The notes: generated by a model from the letters alone, not told the origin. Positions 1 to 8,120 are shown, numbered from the stretch's first letter. The stretch is DNA of 34,045 nucleotides from Syntrophomonadaceae bacterium (GCA_007131435.1 SLQM01000188.1:1-34045), one strand, 5' to 3'. Numbers and translations: made by a program.

Positions 1-281
1 ATCTCACCGCCAAAAAGCTGTAAGCTCTGCTGGCAGGCTATAATTTCAATGCCCTGCTCTGCAGTCTGCTTCAATACTTCAAAAAGCGTTGGGAATTCGC
101 CAATTTTTACTTTTTCCGCTTCACCTTTGACCAGGTTTTTTAAACCCAGCCCCAGGAAATATACTGTGGCATCCTGTCCCATTGCCTTTGCTGTCTGGGC
201 CAAAATCAATGGTGAATAAAGCCTTTCAGGGGTATCTGTCCCACTTGTCTGCACGTAAAGGATCTTATTTGCTTCTGCCAT
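1..281 (-). CDS. DsrE/DsrF-like family protein (3' end runs off the window)
   Basis: Own translation from ATG at 281 (GGAGG upstream, inside the end of tusA): MAEANKILYVQTSGTDTPERLYSPLILAQTAKAMGQDATVYFLGLG...IEIIACQQSLQLFGGE. Shows the DsrE pattern with the conserved Cys in IACQQS. Not in the ORF track because it is truncated. Confidence 0.8.
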   Translation of the reverse strand, partial: MAEANKILYVQTSGTDTPERLYSPLILAQTAKAMGQDATVYFLGLGLKNLVKGEAEKVKIGEFPTLFEVLKQTAEQGIEIIACQQSLQLFGGE

Positions 282-282
282 C

Positions 283-639
283 TCAAGAATCCTCCTTTCC
301 ACCTTTTTGAACCAGGAAGTGATACTCGTCTCCATCCTGTCTCATGGTAACCAGCTGATGCCCTGCCCTTTTAGCCCAGCGCGGTATGTCTTCTGCTGAA
401 GCCGGATCATCGGCAACCAGTTCCATCAGGTTGCCTTCTTCCAGGGTATCTATTTCTTCCTTGGCCCGCATGACAGGCACCGGGCAATAAAGACCGACAC
501 AATCAACCAGGTGTATTTTCAACTTGTCATCACTTGTGCACCTGTATCTTCCATCTTCAGGATCGGGACAAATAGGTTTGTCACAAAAAGGGCAGCTGCA
601 ACCTTTTGCCTTATCCTGTTCTTGTTTATTCATGTTCAT
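283..639 (-). CDS. tusA: Sulfurtransferase TusA family protein with a Cys-rich N-terminal extension
   Basis: DCVGLYCPVP (CPxP persulfide motif) and ADDPASAEDIPRWAKRAGH; GGGAGG RBS before the ATG. Confidence 0.88.
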   Translation of the reverse strand: MNMNKQEQDKAKGCSCPFCDKPICPDPEDGRYRCTSDDKLKIHLVDCVGLYCPVPVMRAKEEIDTLEEGNLMELVADDPASAEDIPRWAKRAGHQLVTMRQDGDEYHFLVQKGGKEDS

Positions 640-684
640 TAAAATGACCTCCCATAATAGCTTTTTAAAACCACCTAAACCTGC

Positions 685-1068
685 TTAGTTTTCTGCTTTC
701 ACCTTTGCCCTGTAATCTTCAATTGCTTTATGCAGGGCATCGGCACCCAGGTTAGAGCAGTGCATTTTATTCCCGGGAAGCCCTTCCAGCTCTTCAGCAA
801 CCTGTTTATTGGTAATTTTCATTGCTTCATCAAGGGTTTTACCCTTGGCCATTTCAGATACCATACTTGAAACGGCTATTGCTGCACCACATCCAAAGGT
901 TAAATACTTAATATCTTCAATCCGGTCATCTTTAACTTTAATTGTGAACTTCATCATATCGCCACAAACGGGGTTTCCTACTTCTCCCGTACCATCGGGG
1001 TTATCGAGCTCTCCAATATTGCGCGGCTTGGTGAAATGCTCCATTACTTTATCGCTATACTCAGGCAT
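685..1068 (-). CDS. iscU: Fe-S cluster scaffold IscU/NifU N-terminal type
   Basis: YSDKVMEHF..PRN, GNPVCGD, FGCGAAIA and KMHCSNL; all three Cys plus the Asp and His are present. Start overlaps the iscS stop. Confidence 0.95.
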   Translation of the reverse strand: MPEYSDKVMEHFTKPRNIGELDNPDGTGEVGNPVCGDMMKFTIKVKDDRIEDIKYLTFGCGAAIAVSSMVSEMAKGKTLDEAMKITNKQVAEELEGLPGNKMHCSNLGADALHKAIEDYRAKVKAEN

Positions 1069-2248
1069 TCTGTTTAGCCTCCTTCATAAACTGGTGGTAA
1101 AGCGGAGACATGCTCCGCAAAATATTGGTAACTTCAGCCAGCTGTTCGGTAATGTATGGAATATCTTCTACGCTGCTTCCCGGCCCCGCGGTAAGCTGCA
1201 GGGAGCCCTGGGCCAGCTCGGGAGGAACACCGATCGCTGATAAAACATGAGATGATTTTAAGGCCTGCGAAGTACAGGATGAGCCGCTTGAAACGCTGAT
1301 GCCGGCCATGTCTAAACGCATCAGCAGGGCTTCTCCTTCAACAAAGCTAACTGATATGTTAAGGTTTCGCGGCACCCTCTTCTCCGGGTGGCCGTTTAAA
1401 TGTAAATATGGTATGGCGCTAAAAAGACTCTCTTTTAGCTTATCCCTGAAAAAAGCAGCTTCTTTTGCACGTTCTTCAAGCTGAACGGCTGCAATGCGCG
1501 CCGCTTCGCCAAGGCCGGCAATGAGGGCAACATTTTCTGTTCCGGCCCGCAGCCCTTTTTCCTGGGTCCCCCCTTCAACCAGGGGTGTTAACCTTACTCC
1601 ACGCTTGACAAATAGCGCCCCTGTACCTTTGGGCCCGTAAAACTGGTCTCCCGCCAGTGAAAGCATATCTATACCGAGCTTTTGAACATCAACAGGAATC
1701 CATCCTACTGCTGCTGCTGCATCGGTGTGAAAAACAACATTACTTTCTTTTGCTACAGCTACCAGTTCTGCGAGGGGTTGTATGGTCCCTATTTCCTGGT
1801 TAGCGGCCTGGATAGTGACCAAAATAGTCTCGCCTGTAATCGCGTCGGCCAGGTCCCGGGGGTGAACCAGCCCGTATTCATCTACCGGAAGCTCTGTTAT
1901 AGAAAACCCTTCCTTTTTCAAGGTTTTAAGCTGGTTAAGAATAGAAAAATGCTCAACCGGAGAAGTGATAATGTGCTTCCCCTTCTTCATATTGGCTTTT
2001 GCAAAACCTTTAACTGCCAGGTTGTTTGCTTCCGAAGCAGATGCAGTAAAAATAATATTTCCTGCATCTGCACCTATTAGCCGTCCTACATTTTCCCGGG
2101 CCTCCTGCAGGGCTTTACGGGGCATTTCCCCTAAACTATGACCACTTGAAGGGTTACCATAATGCTCGGTTAAAAGTGGAAGCATCTTCTCTATAATTGC
2201 TTTTTCAACAGGGGCTGCTGCTGTATAATCAAGGTTTATTTTTTTCAT
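1061..2248 (-). CDS. iscS: Cysteine desulfurase (IscS/NifS) family protein with a degenerate PLP site
   Basis: YGNPSS, EH, YGPKG, RAGTEN, SGSSCTS and LRSMSPLY motifs, but SxHK is replaced by AGDQ. Start placed at ATG 2248 (MKKINLDY) after GAGGG; the ORF track extends to 2266. Confidence 0.9.
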   Translation of the reverse strand: MKKINLDYTAAAPVEKAIIEKMLPLLTEHYGNPSSGHSLGEMPRKALQEARENVGRLIGADAGNIIFTASASEANNLAVKGFAKANMKKGKHIITSPVEHFSILNQLKTLKKEGFSITELPVDEYGLVHPRDLADAITGETILVTIQAANQEIGTIQPLAELVAVAKESNVVFHTDAAAAVGWIPVDVQKLGIDMLSLAGDQFYGPKGTGALFVKRGVRLTPLVEGGTQEKGLRAGTENVALIAGLGEAARIAAVQLEERAKEAAFFRDKLKESLFSAIPYLHLNGHPEKRVPRNLNISVSFVEGEALLMRLDMAGISVSSGSSCTSQALKSSHVLSAIGVPPELAQGSLQLTAGPGSSVEDIPYITEQLAEVTNILRSMSPLYHQFMKEAKQNA

Positions 2249-2306
2249 TTTAAACATCCCTCTCAAAGCTTTCAGCTGAGTCTTGACTAATTCATCAAAT
2301 AATTAT

Positions 2307-2333
2307 ATAATTCCTATAAGAATTATAGGTTAT
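2307..2333. promoter_or_regulatory. Rrf2-family (CymR/IscR-like) operator
   Basis: Perfect inverted repeat CCTATAA-gaa-TTATAGG (2313-2329) overlapping the -10 box; contains ATAATTCCTAT (2307-2317), which resembles the Bacillus CymR motif AT(A/T)ATTCCTAT as I recall it. Confidence 0.65.
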
Positions 2334-2350
2334 TTATAGCGGCGTGTCAA
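2322..2350 (-). promoter_or_regulatory. SigA promoter of the iscS operon
   Basis: Perfect TTGACA (2350-2345), 17-nt spacer, TATAAT (2327-2322) on the minus strand. Confidence 0.85.
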
Positions 2351-2516
2351 GGGCATCAAGGGTTAAAATAATATTGCAGTAGGAATATTTAAAAAACCTT
2401 GGCTGCTAGGATATAATAAATTTTAAAGGGCTTTCCCTTTAAGCTGATCAACCTGGTTGCACTTAGAAGGTAACAATCAGGCCCAGCAAATAAAACTAAA
2501 AGGAGCGAATTAAAGA

Positions 2517-3014
2517 ATGAAAACAAAGGAAAATCTGATGGCAGCTTTTGCCGGGGAATCACAGGCTAACAGGAAATACCTGGCCTTTTCCAAAAAGGCA
2601 GAAAAAGACGGTTTCAAGAATGTTGCCCGTATTTTTAAGGCTATTGCCGAAGCTGAAACTATTCATGCTTTAAAACACTTTGAAATTGCCGGTAAAGTAA
2701 ATGACACCCTTGAAAACCTGAAAGCTGCAGCTGAAGGTGAACACTATGAATTCTCGGAAATGTATCCTGAATTTATTGAAACAGCCAAACAGGAAGGAGA
2801 TAATAAGGCACTTCAGAGTTTTGAGTACGCCAATGCAGCAGAAAAAGTGCACGGCGGAATATTCAATGATCTAAAAGAAGCGGTTGCCAAAGGTTCTGAC
2901 TCAGAAGACAAAAATGTTTACCTCTGTCCCGTATGCGGGTGGGTAGGCTTTGATCCCGTTCCCGATAAATGCCCGATCTGTAATACGGCAAAAAAAGCTT
3001 TCCAGCAGTTTTAA
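2517..3014 (+). CDS. rbr: Rubrerythrin
   Basis: NLMAAFAGESQA, EAETIH, EGEHYE and EKVH di-iron ligands; C-terminal CPVCG...CPIC rubredoxin-like domain; AAGGAG RBS. Confidence 0.95.
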   Translation: MKTKENLMAAFAGESQANRKYLAFSKKAEKDGFKNVARIFKAIAEAETIHALKHFEIAGKVNDTLENLKAAAEGEHYEFSEMYPEFIETAKQEGDNKALQSFEYANAAEKVHGGIFNDLKEAVAKGSDSEDKNVYLCPVCGWVGFDPVPDKCPICNTAKKAFQQF

Positions 3015-3032
3015 ACAACTTGCTAAATCTTA

Positions 3033-3059
3033 AAGGGGCACTTTTTATAAGTGCCCCTT
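3033..3059. terminator. Bidirectional intrinsic terminator
   Basis: AAGGGGCACTT-tttat-AAGTGCCCCTT, 11-bp stem between the convergent rbr and cotH-like genes. Confidence 0.75.
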
Positions 3060-3074
3060 CTTAATTATCCTCAC

Positions 3075-6000
3075 CTAATTCCATTCATCAAAGATAAACA
3101 TTTCCTCTTCACTTAGGTTAAAGTAACTTTTTAAGTGGTTTAGAACATGCTCCTGGCGAAGTTCGGCAAAATTGCGCAGAACTTCCACCTGCCTGTGCCA
3201 GCGGTCCATTGACCCTCCCCACCTGTCCAGGTGCCTTGGCATTTCCGGCTCGATATTGGATGCCAGTTCATCAATCTTTTCTATAACCCTTTCTGTCTTG
3301 AAGGTATTATTGAGATGGAAGGCTGAGCGCTCGATAAACCTTTCCCTGAAATCGGAGTTGCGAAGTAACCCGTTAATCAGGTCGGTATTCAGGTTGCGCC
3401 ACGGCCCGGTCCCCCCCGGCAGGGTTGCATAAGCCAGGGTGTTGTTTGCATGATTGCCCTCCCAAAAGCCCCAGTCAAGGTCGAAAGTAATCCAGCGCCA
3501 TTTGCCATCTTCGTTCTGTTCACGCCAGAAACGGATATTAGCCAGGTCGGTCTGGGCAAAGTAGATTTGTGCTATCCAGTAATCTATATAGTTATCAATA
3601 TCCATCATGGCCGCCACGTGATTATAGCTATCCGGGTTTGAAAGGTCATTGCTGCGCACAAAATCAAGCATATCCCTGTAATGATCGTTGGAGCCAGTCC
3701 GTACCCAACCGTTACCCTGCAGCAGGTCTACCCGGTCAGGATCAACCCCATGATTGTAATGAAGATAATGATTGTTTATCCTTTCCCGCAAGTTATAAAT
3801 ACCCCAGTACTGCCCATTGATATAAAGAACTGTCTGACGGTAAGCCTGGTAATCATAATGCTCCAGGTCCAACAGGCTTGTCATAAAAATATCCCTGATC
3901 TTGGAAAACTGCCAGTCCTGGCCAGAAGTGCGCAGGGTTAGGCCTTTATTTGAAAGCGGCTTTTCGGGATAGAAGTCGGGGAAAAAGGGATAGGTAAATT
4001 CGTTATACCCGTAAATGTTGCGGGCAAAAAGGTTAAAAGATTTCTGCGGCTCTGCCCGGCTATACTGGCCGGCAATTCTTAAACCAAGGTCAAAACTGAA
4101 TCCTGCCTCGCCACCCGGTTCAAAAAACTCCATGTGGACGGGAATTTCTATATTTTGCCAAAAATTTGCACCCCGGTAGGGGAAATATGATGCGCCCCCC
4201 CGCCCTTTCATGTAGATGCCCCGAACAGGATCAAAAAAATCATCCGGGTCACCCATAATTGATATAACTGGCAGGTGGTGATCATCGCCGATGAAAAATG
4301 TACGGTTTACCGTCGGACCGGGCAGTTTTCCTTCTTCAAAAACCCTGGCCCTCAAAACAGTGGTCTCTGTTATTTCGATAGGCCCGCTGTAAAGTTTGCC
4401 TTCTTCATAAGAGGGGGTTTGAAGCCTGGTGTCTTCAGTAATAAATATCTGTCCATTATAGCGGGATAAATGAGCAGCTGGCTCCCTACCGTTTAAAGTG
4501 TAACGAATTTCTGCATCCGGTGAATCGGTAAAAAGCTCCACCGTTACTGGGTTGTCAAAAAAACCGCCCTGGGAAGATACCCGGGTAATGGCACCAAAAC
4601 CGCTGAAGACTTCCCCCTCATTCGGTGCGCCCGGAGAAGCTTTCTTAAAGAAAGTGCGGTTCCCACTCCCGCCCGGGCAGTGGCCTACAGATAAATCAGG
4701 CAGCAGTTTGCCGGAATGCAGGCTGTCTAACACCAGGCCGGTTGGATGGGTCAGGGATATGGTTTCACCTGTCGCCTGGATCTGGTAATTAGTGTGCAGG
4801 TAGTCATTTTCAGGATCCCTGCGATCTTTACGGGAAGCAAATACAAGCAGGTAATCACCTGGATTAATTTCGACAGAGGGCAGTACCCAGCGGAACAGAT
4901 CATCCTCATCATCTGAGAGGCCGAAACCTTCAAGATTTACCGGCTCAGTGCCCTGGTTGTGCAGCTCAATCCAATCCGGGTAGTCTCCATCTTCATCGGC
5001 GATTGTGGTCAGGTTCTCAGCCATAACTTCACTAATTATCAGGGTTCCCTCTTCTACTGCAGGATAAGCAGCCAACTCTTCATAGCCCATTGTTTTATTA
5101 ACTTCGCCGGGTGTGGGACGGGGAAAGAACAGCCAGGAATCTGGATCACCGGGATCGCGGCCGTATGAAATATCATCATGCTGAGCTCGTATGGGGATCA
5201 AATCAATAGTTTTTCCATCTGGTGTTTTAAATACCAGTTCATCATCTCGATCATTTAAACCAAAGTTAACATGCAAAAAGGGGTTGTCAGGATCATCAAT
5301 GTTCTTACCCGAGGCAAAAATAATTAGGTATTCCCCGGGCCCGATTGTAACACCGGGAAACCTCCACTTGAAAGGGTTACTTTCTTTATCTGAGAGCCAG
5401 TATCCTTCGAGATTAATATTTGCATCTCCGGAATTATAAAGTTCAATCCACTCATGCAGTTCGCTGTCTTCATCCATTATGGAAGTATAATTGCGTACTA
5501 AAAATTCATTAATATAAACGGGGTGGTCTTGGGCTCCAGGCAGATTAAAAACATCTTCATAAGGCTCTTTTTCGTTCGGTTCTCCCGGAGTGGCATCCAG
5601 GAAATAAGCCCATTCATCACCATAAGGCTGAGGGCGACCGAATGAAATATTTGATGGAATTTTTTCTTCGAAAACGATCTCATCCAGTATACGGCCGTCA
5701 ATATGACCAAACACCACGGCATCACCGCTGCGGTTGATTCTAAAATCGGTATGCAGGTTTTCACGATCAGGGCTTGACCGATTTTTACCGGATGCAAAAA
5801 CAACCAGGTGTTCACCGGGTTCTATGACAATACCTGGGAACATCCACTGCATGGGTTCATCAGGATCATTGGATAGCCAGTAGCCCTCAAGATTGATGGC
5901 CCTGCTCTTCGGGTTATGTATCTCGATCCAATCCGGGTAATCTCCATCTTCGTCCTGCAGCACAACCCTATTGCTGGCCATTATTTCGGTTATCATTAAA

Positions 6001-6116
6001 TCCTTACCGTCTACACTTAAAGCAACCAGCAGTAAGATAAGCACAATAAAAAAAACCAGAAGCCCAAATGTCATCCAACCTCTTTCAGTTTTACGGGGCT
6101 TATTTCTATAATACAT
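3075..6116 (-). CDS. CotH kinase family protein with three lamin-tail domains and an FN3-associated/chitobiase-like domain
   Basis: N-terminal TM segment; three repeats of I(T/N/S)E..D.D....WIE..N......NLEG..LS; IRYTLNGREP; C-terminal CotH motifs (GLRIAGQYSR, NGQYWGIYNLRERIN, WRWITFDLDWG). Confidence 0.85.
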   Translation of the reverse strand: MYYRNKPRKTERGWMTFGLLVFFIVLILLLVALSVDGKDLMITEIMASNRVVLQDEDGDYPDWIEIHNPKSRAINLEGYWLSNDPDEPMQWMFPGIVIEPGEHLVVFASGKNRSSPDRENLHTDFRINRSGDAVVFGHIDGRILDEIVFEEKIPSNISFGRPQPYGDEWAYFLDATPGEPNEKEPYEDVFNLPGAQDHPVYINEFLVRNYTSIMDEDSELHEWIELYNSGDANINLEGYWLSDKESNPFKWRFPGVTIGPGEYLIIFASGKNIDDPDNPFLHVNFGLNDRDDELVFKTPDGKTIDLIPIRAQHDDISYGRDPGDPDSWLFFPRPTPGEVNKTMGYEELAAYPAVEEGTLIISEVMAENLTTIADEDGDYPDWIELHNQGTEPVNLEGFGLSDDEDDLFRWVLPSVEINPGDYLLVFASRKDRRDPENDYLHTNYQIQATGETISLTHPTGLVLDSLHSGKLLPDLSVGHCPGGSGNRTFFKKASPGAPNEGEVFSGFGAITRVSSQGGFFDNPVTVELFTDSPDAEIRYTLNGREPAAHLSRYNGQIFITEDTRLQTPSYEEGKLYSGPIEITETTVLRARVFEEGKLPGPTVNRTFFIGDDHHLPVISIMGDPDDFFDPVRGIYMKGRGGASYFPYRGANFWQNIEIPVHMEFFEPGGEAGFSFDLGLRIAGQYSRAEPQKSFNLFARNIYGYNEFTYPFFPDFYPEKPLSNKGLTLRTSGQDWQFSKIRDIFMTSLLDLEHYDYQAYRQTVLYINGQYWGIYNLRERINNHYLHYNHGVDPDRVDLLQGNGWVRTGSNDHYRDMLDFVRSNDLSNPDSYNHVAAMMDIDNYIDYWIAQIYFAQTDLANIRFWREQNEDGKWRWITFDLDWGFWEGNHANNTLAYATLPGGTGPWRNLNTDLINGLLRNSDFRERFIERSAFHLNNTFKTERVIEKIDELASNIEPEMPRHLDRWGGSMDRWHRQVEVLRNFAELRQEHVLNHLKSYFNLSEEEMFIFDEWN

Positions 6117-6250
6117 CTAAACAACCTTTCTTTTAAATCGGCCTAACAGTCATCAGTTTTATTAGTTTGACCTGGTAGTAACTATGAGCTATTATCTTAA
6201 TAATAAAGCCTGTAAAGGCTAAAGACAACCCTAACGAGGAGGAATATTTA

Positions 6251-6424
6251 ATGCAAAGCTACGTATGTGAACTCTGTGATTATACTTATGACCCGGGTAT
6301 AGGAGACATAGAAAATGGTGTTGCCCCGGGAACAGCTTTTGAAAACCTGCCCGACGACTGGAAATGCCCCGTATGCGGTGCAGAAAAGGATGAGTTCCAG
6401 GCTGTCCCTGACAAATCGCTATAA
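6251..6424 (+). CDS. Rubredoxin (57 aa)
   Basis: Own translation [57 protein letters not shown]; GAGGAGG RBS; below the ORF track cutoff. Confidence 0.97.
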   Translation: MQSYVCELCDYTYDPGIGDIENGVAPGTAFENLPDDWKCPVCGAEKDEFQAVPDKSL

Positions 6425-6486
6425 AAATCAGGGCGGCTCATACTTCGTTTGAAAATACTATCCACCTGACTTGCAATATACGACAA

Positions 6487-6513
6487 GCGGGACAGTTACA
6501 GTAACTGTCCCGC
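6487..6513. terminator. Hairpin, probable bidirectional terminator
   Basis: GCGGGACAGTTAC-A-GTAACTGTCCCGC, 13-bp perfect inverted repeat between convergent small genes. Confidence 0.65.
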
Positions 6514-6599
6514 ATAATTTTTTAAATAGTTTAACTTGTTTCATACCTGTTATCTCTGAACATTGGCAGTCGTTAAGAGAGGTGAATAGTTCCGTTCCC

Positions 6600-6878
6600 T
6601 CAATGATCAAGCTGTTCTACTACATACTGGCCAAACACCCAAAACCCTACCCAGCTTATATTATATTTTTTGTCAACCATATCCTTACGGATATAAAAAG
6701 GTATACCCTCTACTTCAGTTTTCTCAAAATCATTTTCCTCTGCTGGTTTGCCTGCTCGCACGGCAGGGATATATACACAGCCACCTCAGCCGCCGCGGCT
6801 TGCCATGTAGAGAACGTGAGGGCCGCCCGCTTTTTTCATTTTTTCCAGCGCTGCTGCAGAAACTGACAGGTTAGACAT
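6600..6878 (-). CDS. Small selenoprotein (92 aa), HesB-like / CC-Se-motif type, UGA at codon 31
   Basis: GGAGG RBS then ATG 6878; MSNLSVSAAALEKMKKAGGPHVLYMASRGG-U(TGA 6788-6786)-GGCVYIPAVRAGKPAEENDFEKTEVEGIPFYIRKDMVDKKYNISWVGFWVFGQYVVEQLDH; frame stays open 61 codons past the UGA; SECIS-like hairpin downstream. Confidence 0.8.
6742..6781 (-). promoter_or_regulatory. Putative bacterial SECIS element
   Basis: Upper stem CCTGC-CGTGCGA-GCAGG starts 18 nt after the UGA; lower pairing GCTG(T)GT/ACCAGC. Confidence 0.55.
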
Positions 6879-6945
6879 TATAAAACCTCCCGGAAATATT
6901 TGTAGTTTCTTAATCAAACAAAAGCAATTAAGAATCATTACTAAA

Positions 6946-6954
6946 ATTATATCA
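6946..6954 (-). promoter_or_regulatory. Extended -10 promoter for the small selenoprotein gene
   Basis: TGaTATAAT about 70 nt upstream of the ATG. Confidence 0.5.
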
Positions 6955-6977
6955 TAAAGGGAAGGCTTGTGCTGTTT

Positions 6978-8120
6978 TCAGGAACCGCCATTTATAAAAC
7001 CCTCTTCTTTCAAAATTCCGTGAAAGGCCTGCCTGGCATCGCTGATCGCTTTCAACCGCCACTTCTCCTCCAGGGGATAAAAAAGCTCGCTAAAATCAGC
7101 TATTGCCTGCTCAGCAGCTTTAGCGCTAACCGCACCGTAATGATAAACCCGGTTCTCATTAATCATCGCTTCAAGGCTTTTTAAGGCAGCGGGCAGAGAA
7201 TCGCCGTAAGTGCCAAACTCAAAACTGGTTGCATAAAATGGCTTTTCGGGGTAAAGATCTTTCATCAACAGGTAAAAGTAATCGATCATATCGCCCTGCA
7301 TCTGGTAAAATTCTTCAGGGTTTGTTTTAACTACCAGCGGATAATTAAATTCCTTTACCAAGTCACCGGAGGCACGGCTTTCATGGACTGAGTTGACCAA
7401 AGTCATCTGGTAACGCGGCCCATAACCGCTGTGCATGTCGATAAAAAGAACCTTCTTATAAGGTTCAATGGTATTATAGAAAATATTATTCATGATCACG
7501 GCTGACTCTTCAAAGCTTTTTCCCCCGTAATAGAGGCCCTTTGGATTAACATATTGGCCCATGTGCACAGCTTCACGGAAAGATCCTGATCCCATTCTCA
7601 CGTAGCGACCCAAAAGCTGAAGGAAGAAAAATAACCCCCTTACCTGCTTCAACGGCGAAGGAGGGTTTAAGAATAGTTCTAATTCACTGTAGCGCGCGTT
7701 AACATGATCACGAACCAGTTGGGGATCATAGATAAAATTACGGTTTAAATCAACGTTATTCTCATTAACCCTACGACGTTTATCCATGCCCCAGGGGTTG
7801 ATGGGAGATGCGAAGATTAAACCAGTTGTCTCAGGGTTCAGACAGTGAAGATACTCTTCTGCAAAAAGCCTTATCACGGCATTACCGATATAGCCTTCAA
7901 TACCGTGCAGTCCGCAGGAAAGCATTAGCAGGAGATCATTATCTCTAAGCGGAGCTGCTTCGATAACCTCTGTTGTCAATTGATCCTCAAAACCTCTAAG
8001 TGGGTGGCTTTTCAGGCATGCTTCCGGCCAGTAATCTTTCACTTTAGTTAAAAGGGCACGAAATTCGGCCCTATTATCTAAATATGTCTCAGCAAAGAAT
8101 CGGTGATCGCTTTTTTCCAC
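6978..8120 (-). CDS. M14 family metallo-carboxypeptidase-like protein (DUF2817 type)
   Basis: GLHGIEG (HxxE), INPWG...RRVNENNVDLNRNF, IDMHSG and FEFGT; start placed at GTG 8120 after AAGGAG (ORF track extends to 8201). Confidence 0.8.
   Translation of the reverse strand: MEKSDHRFFAETYLDNRAEFRALLTKVKDYWPEACLKSHPLRGFEDQLTTEVIEAAPLRDNDLLLMLSCGLHGIEGYIGNAVIRLFAEEYLHCLNPETTGLIFASPINPWGMDKRRRVNENNVDLNRNFIYDPQLVRDHVNARYSELELFLNPPSPLKQVRGLFFFLQLLGRYVRMGSGSFREAVHMGQYVNPKGLYYGGKSFEESAVIMNNIFYNTIEPYKKVLFIDMHSGYGPRYQMTLVNSVHESRASGDLVKEFNYPLVVKTNPEEFYQMQGDMIDYFYLLMKDLYPEKPFYATSFEFGTYGDSLPAALKSLEAMINENRVYHYGAVSAKAAEQAIADFSELFYPLEEKWRLKAISDARQAFHGILKEEGFINGGS

Noticed and set aside
283-285. TGA readthrough fusing tusA to dsrE
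   Set aside because: The dsrE ATG is out of frame with tusA and has its own RBS
6286-6486. 66-aa - strand ORF
   Set aside because: Antisense to rubredoxin
6520-6680. Possible ncRNA (6S-like) behind TTGACA/TATAAT on the minus strand
   Set aside because: The two hexamers are only 5 nt apart, and most of the region is the 3' half of the selenoprotein CDS
6471-6866. 131-aa + strand ORF
   Set aside because: Antisense shadow of the selenoprotein gene; no RBS or recognisable motif
6978-6980. Sec readthrough at the M14 peptidase TGA
   Set aside because: It lies at the natural C-terminus with no redox motif or evident SECIS
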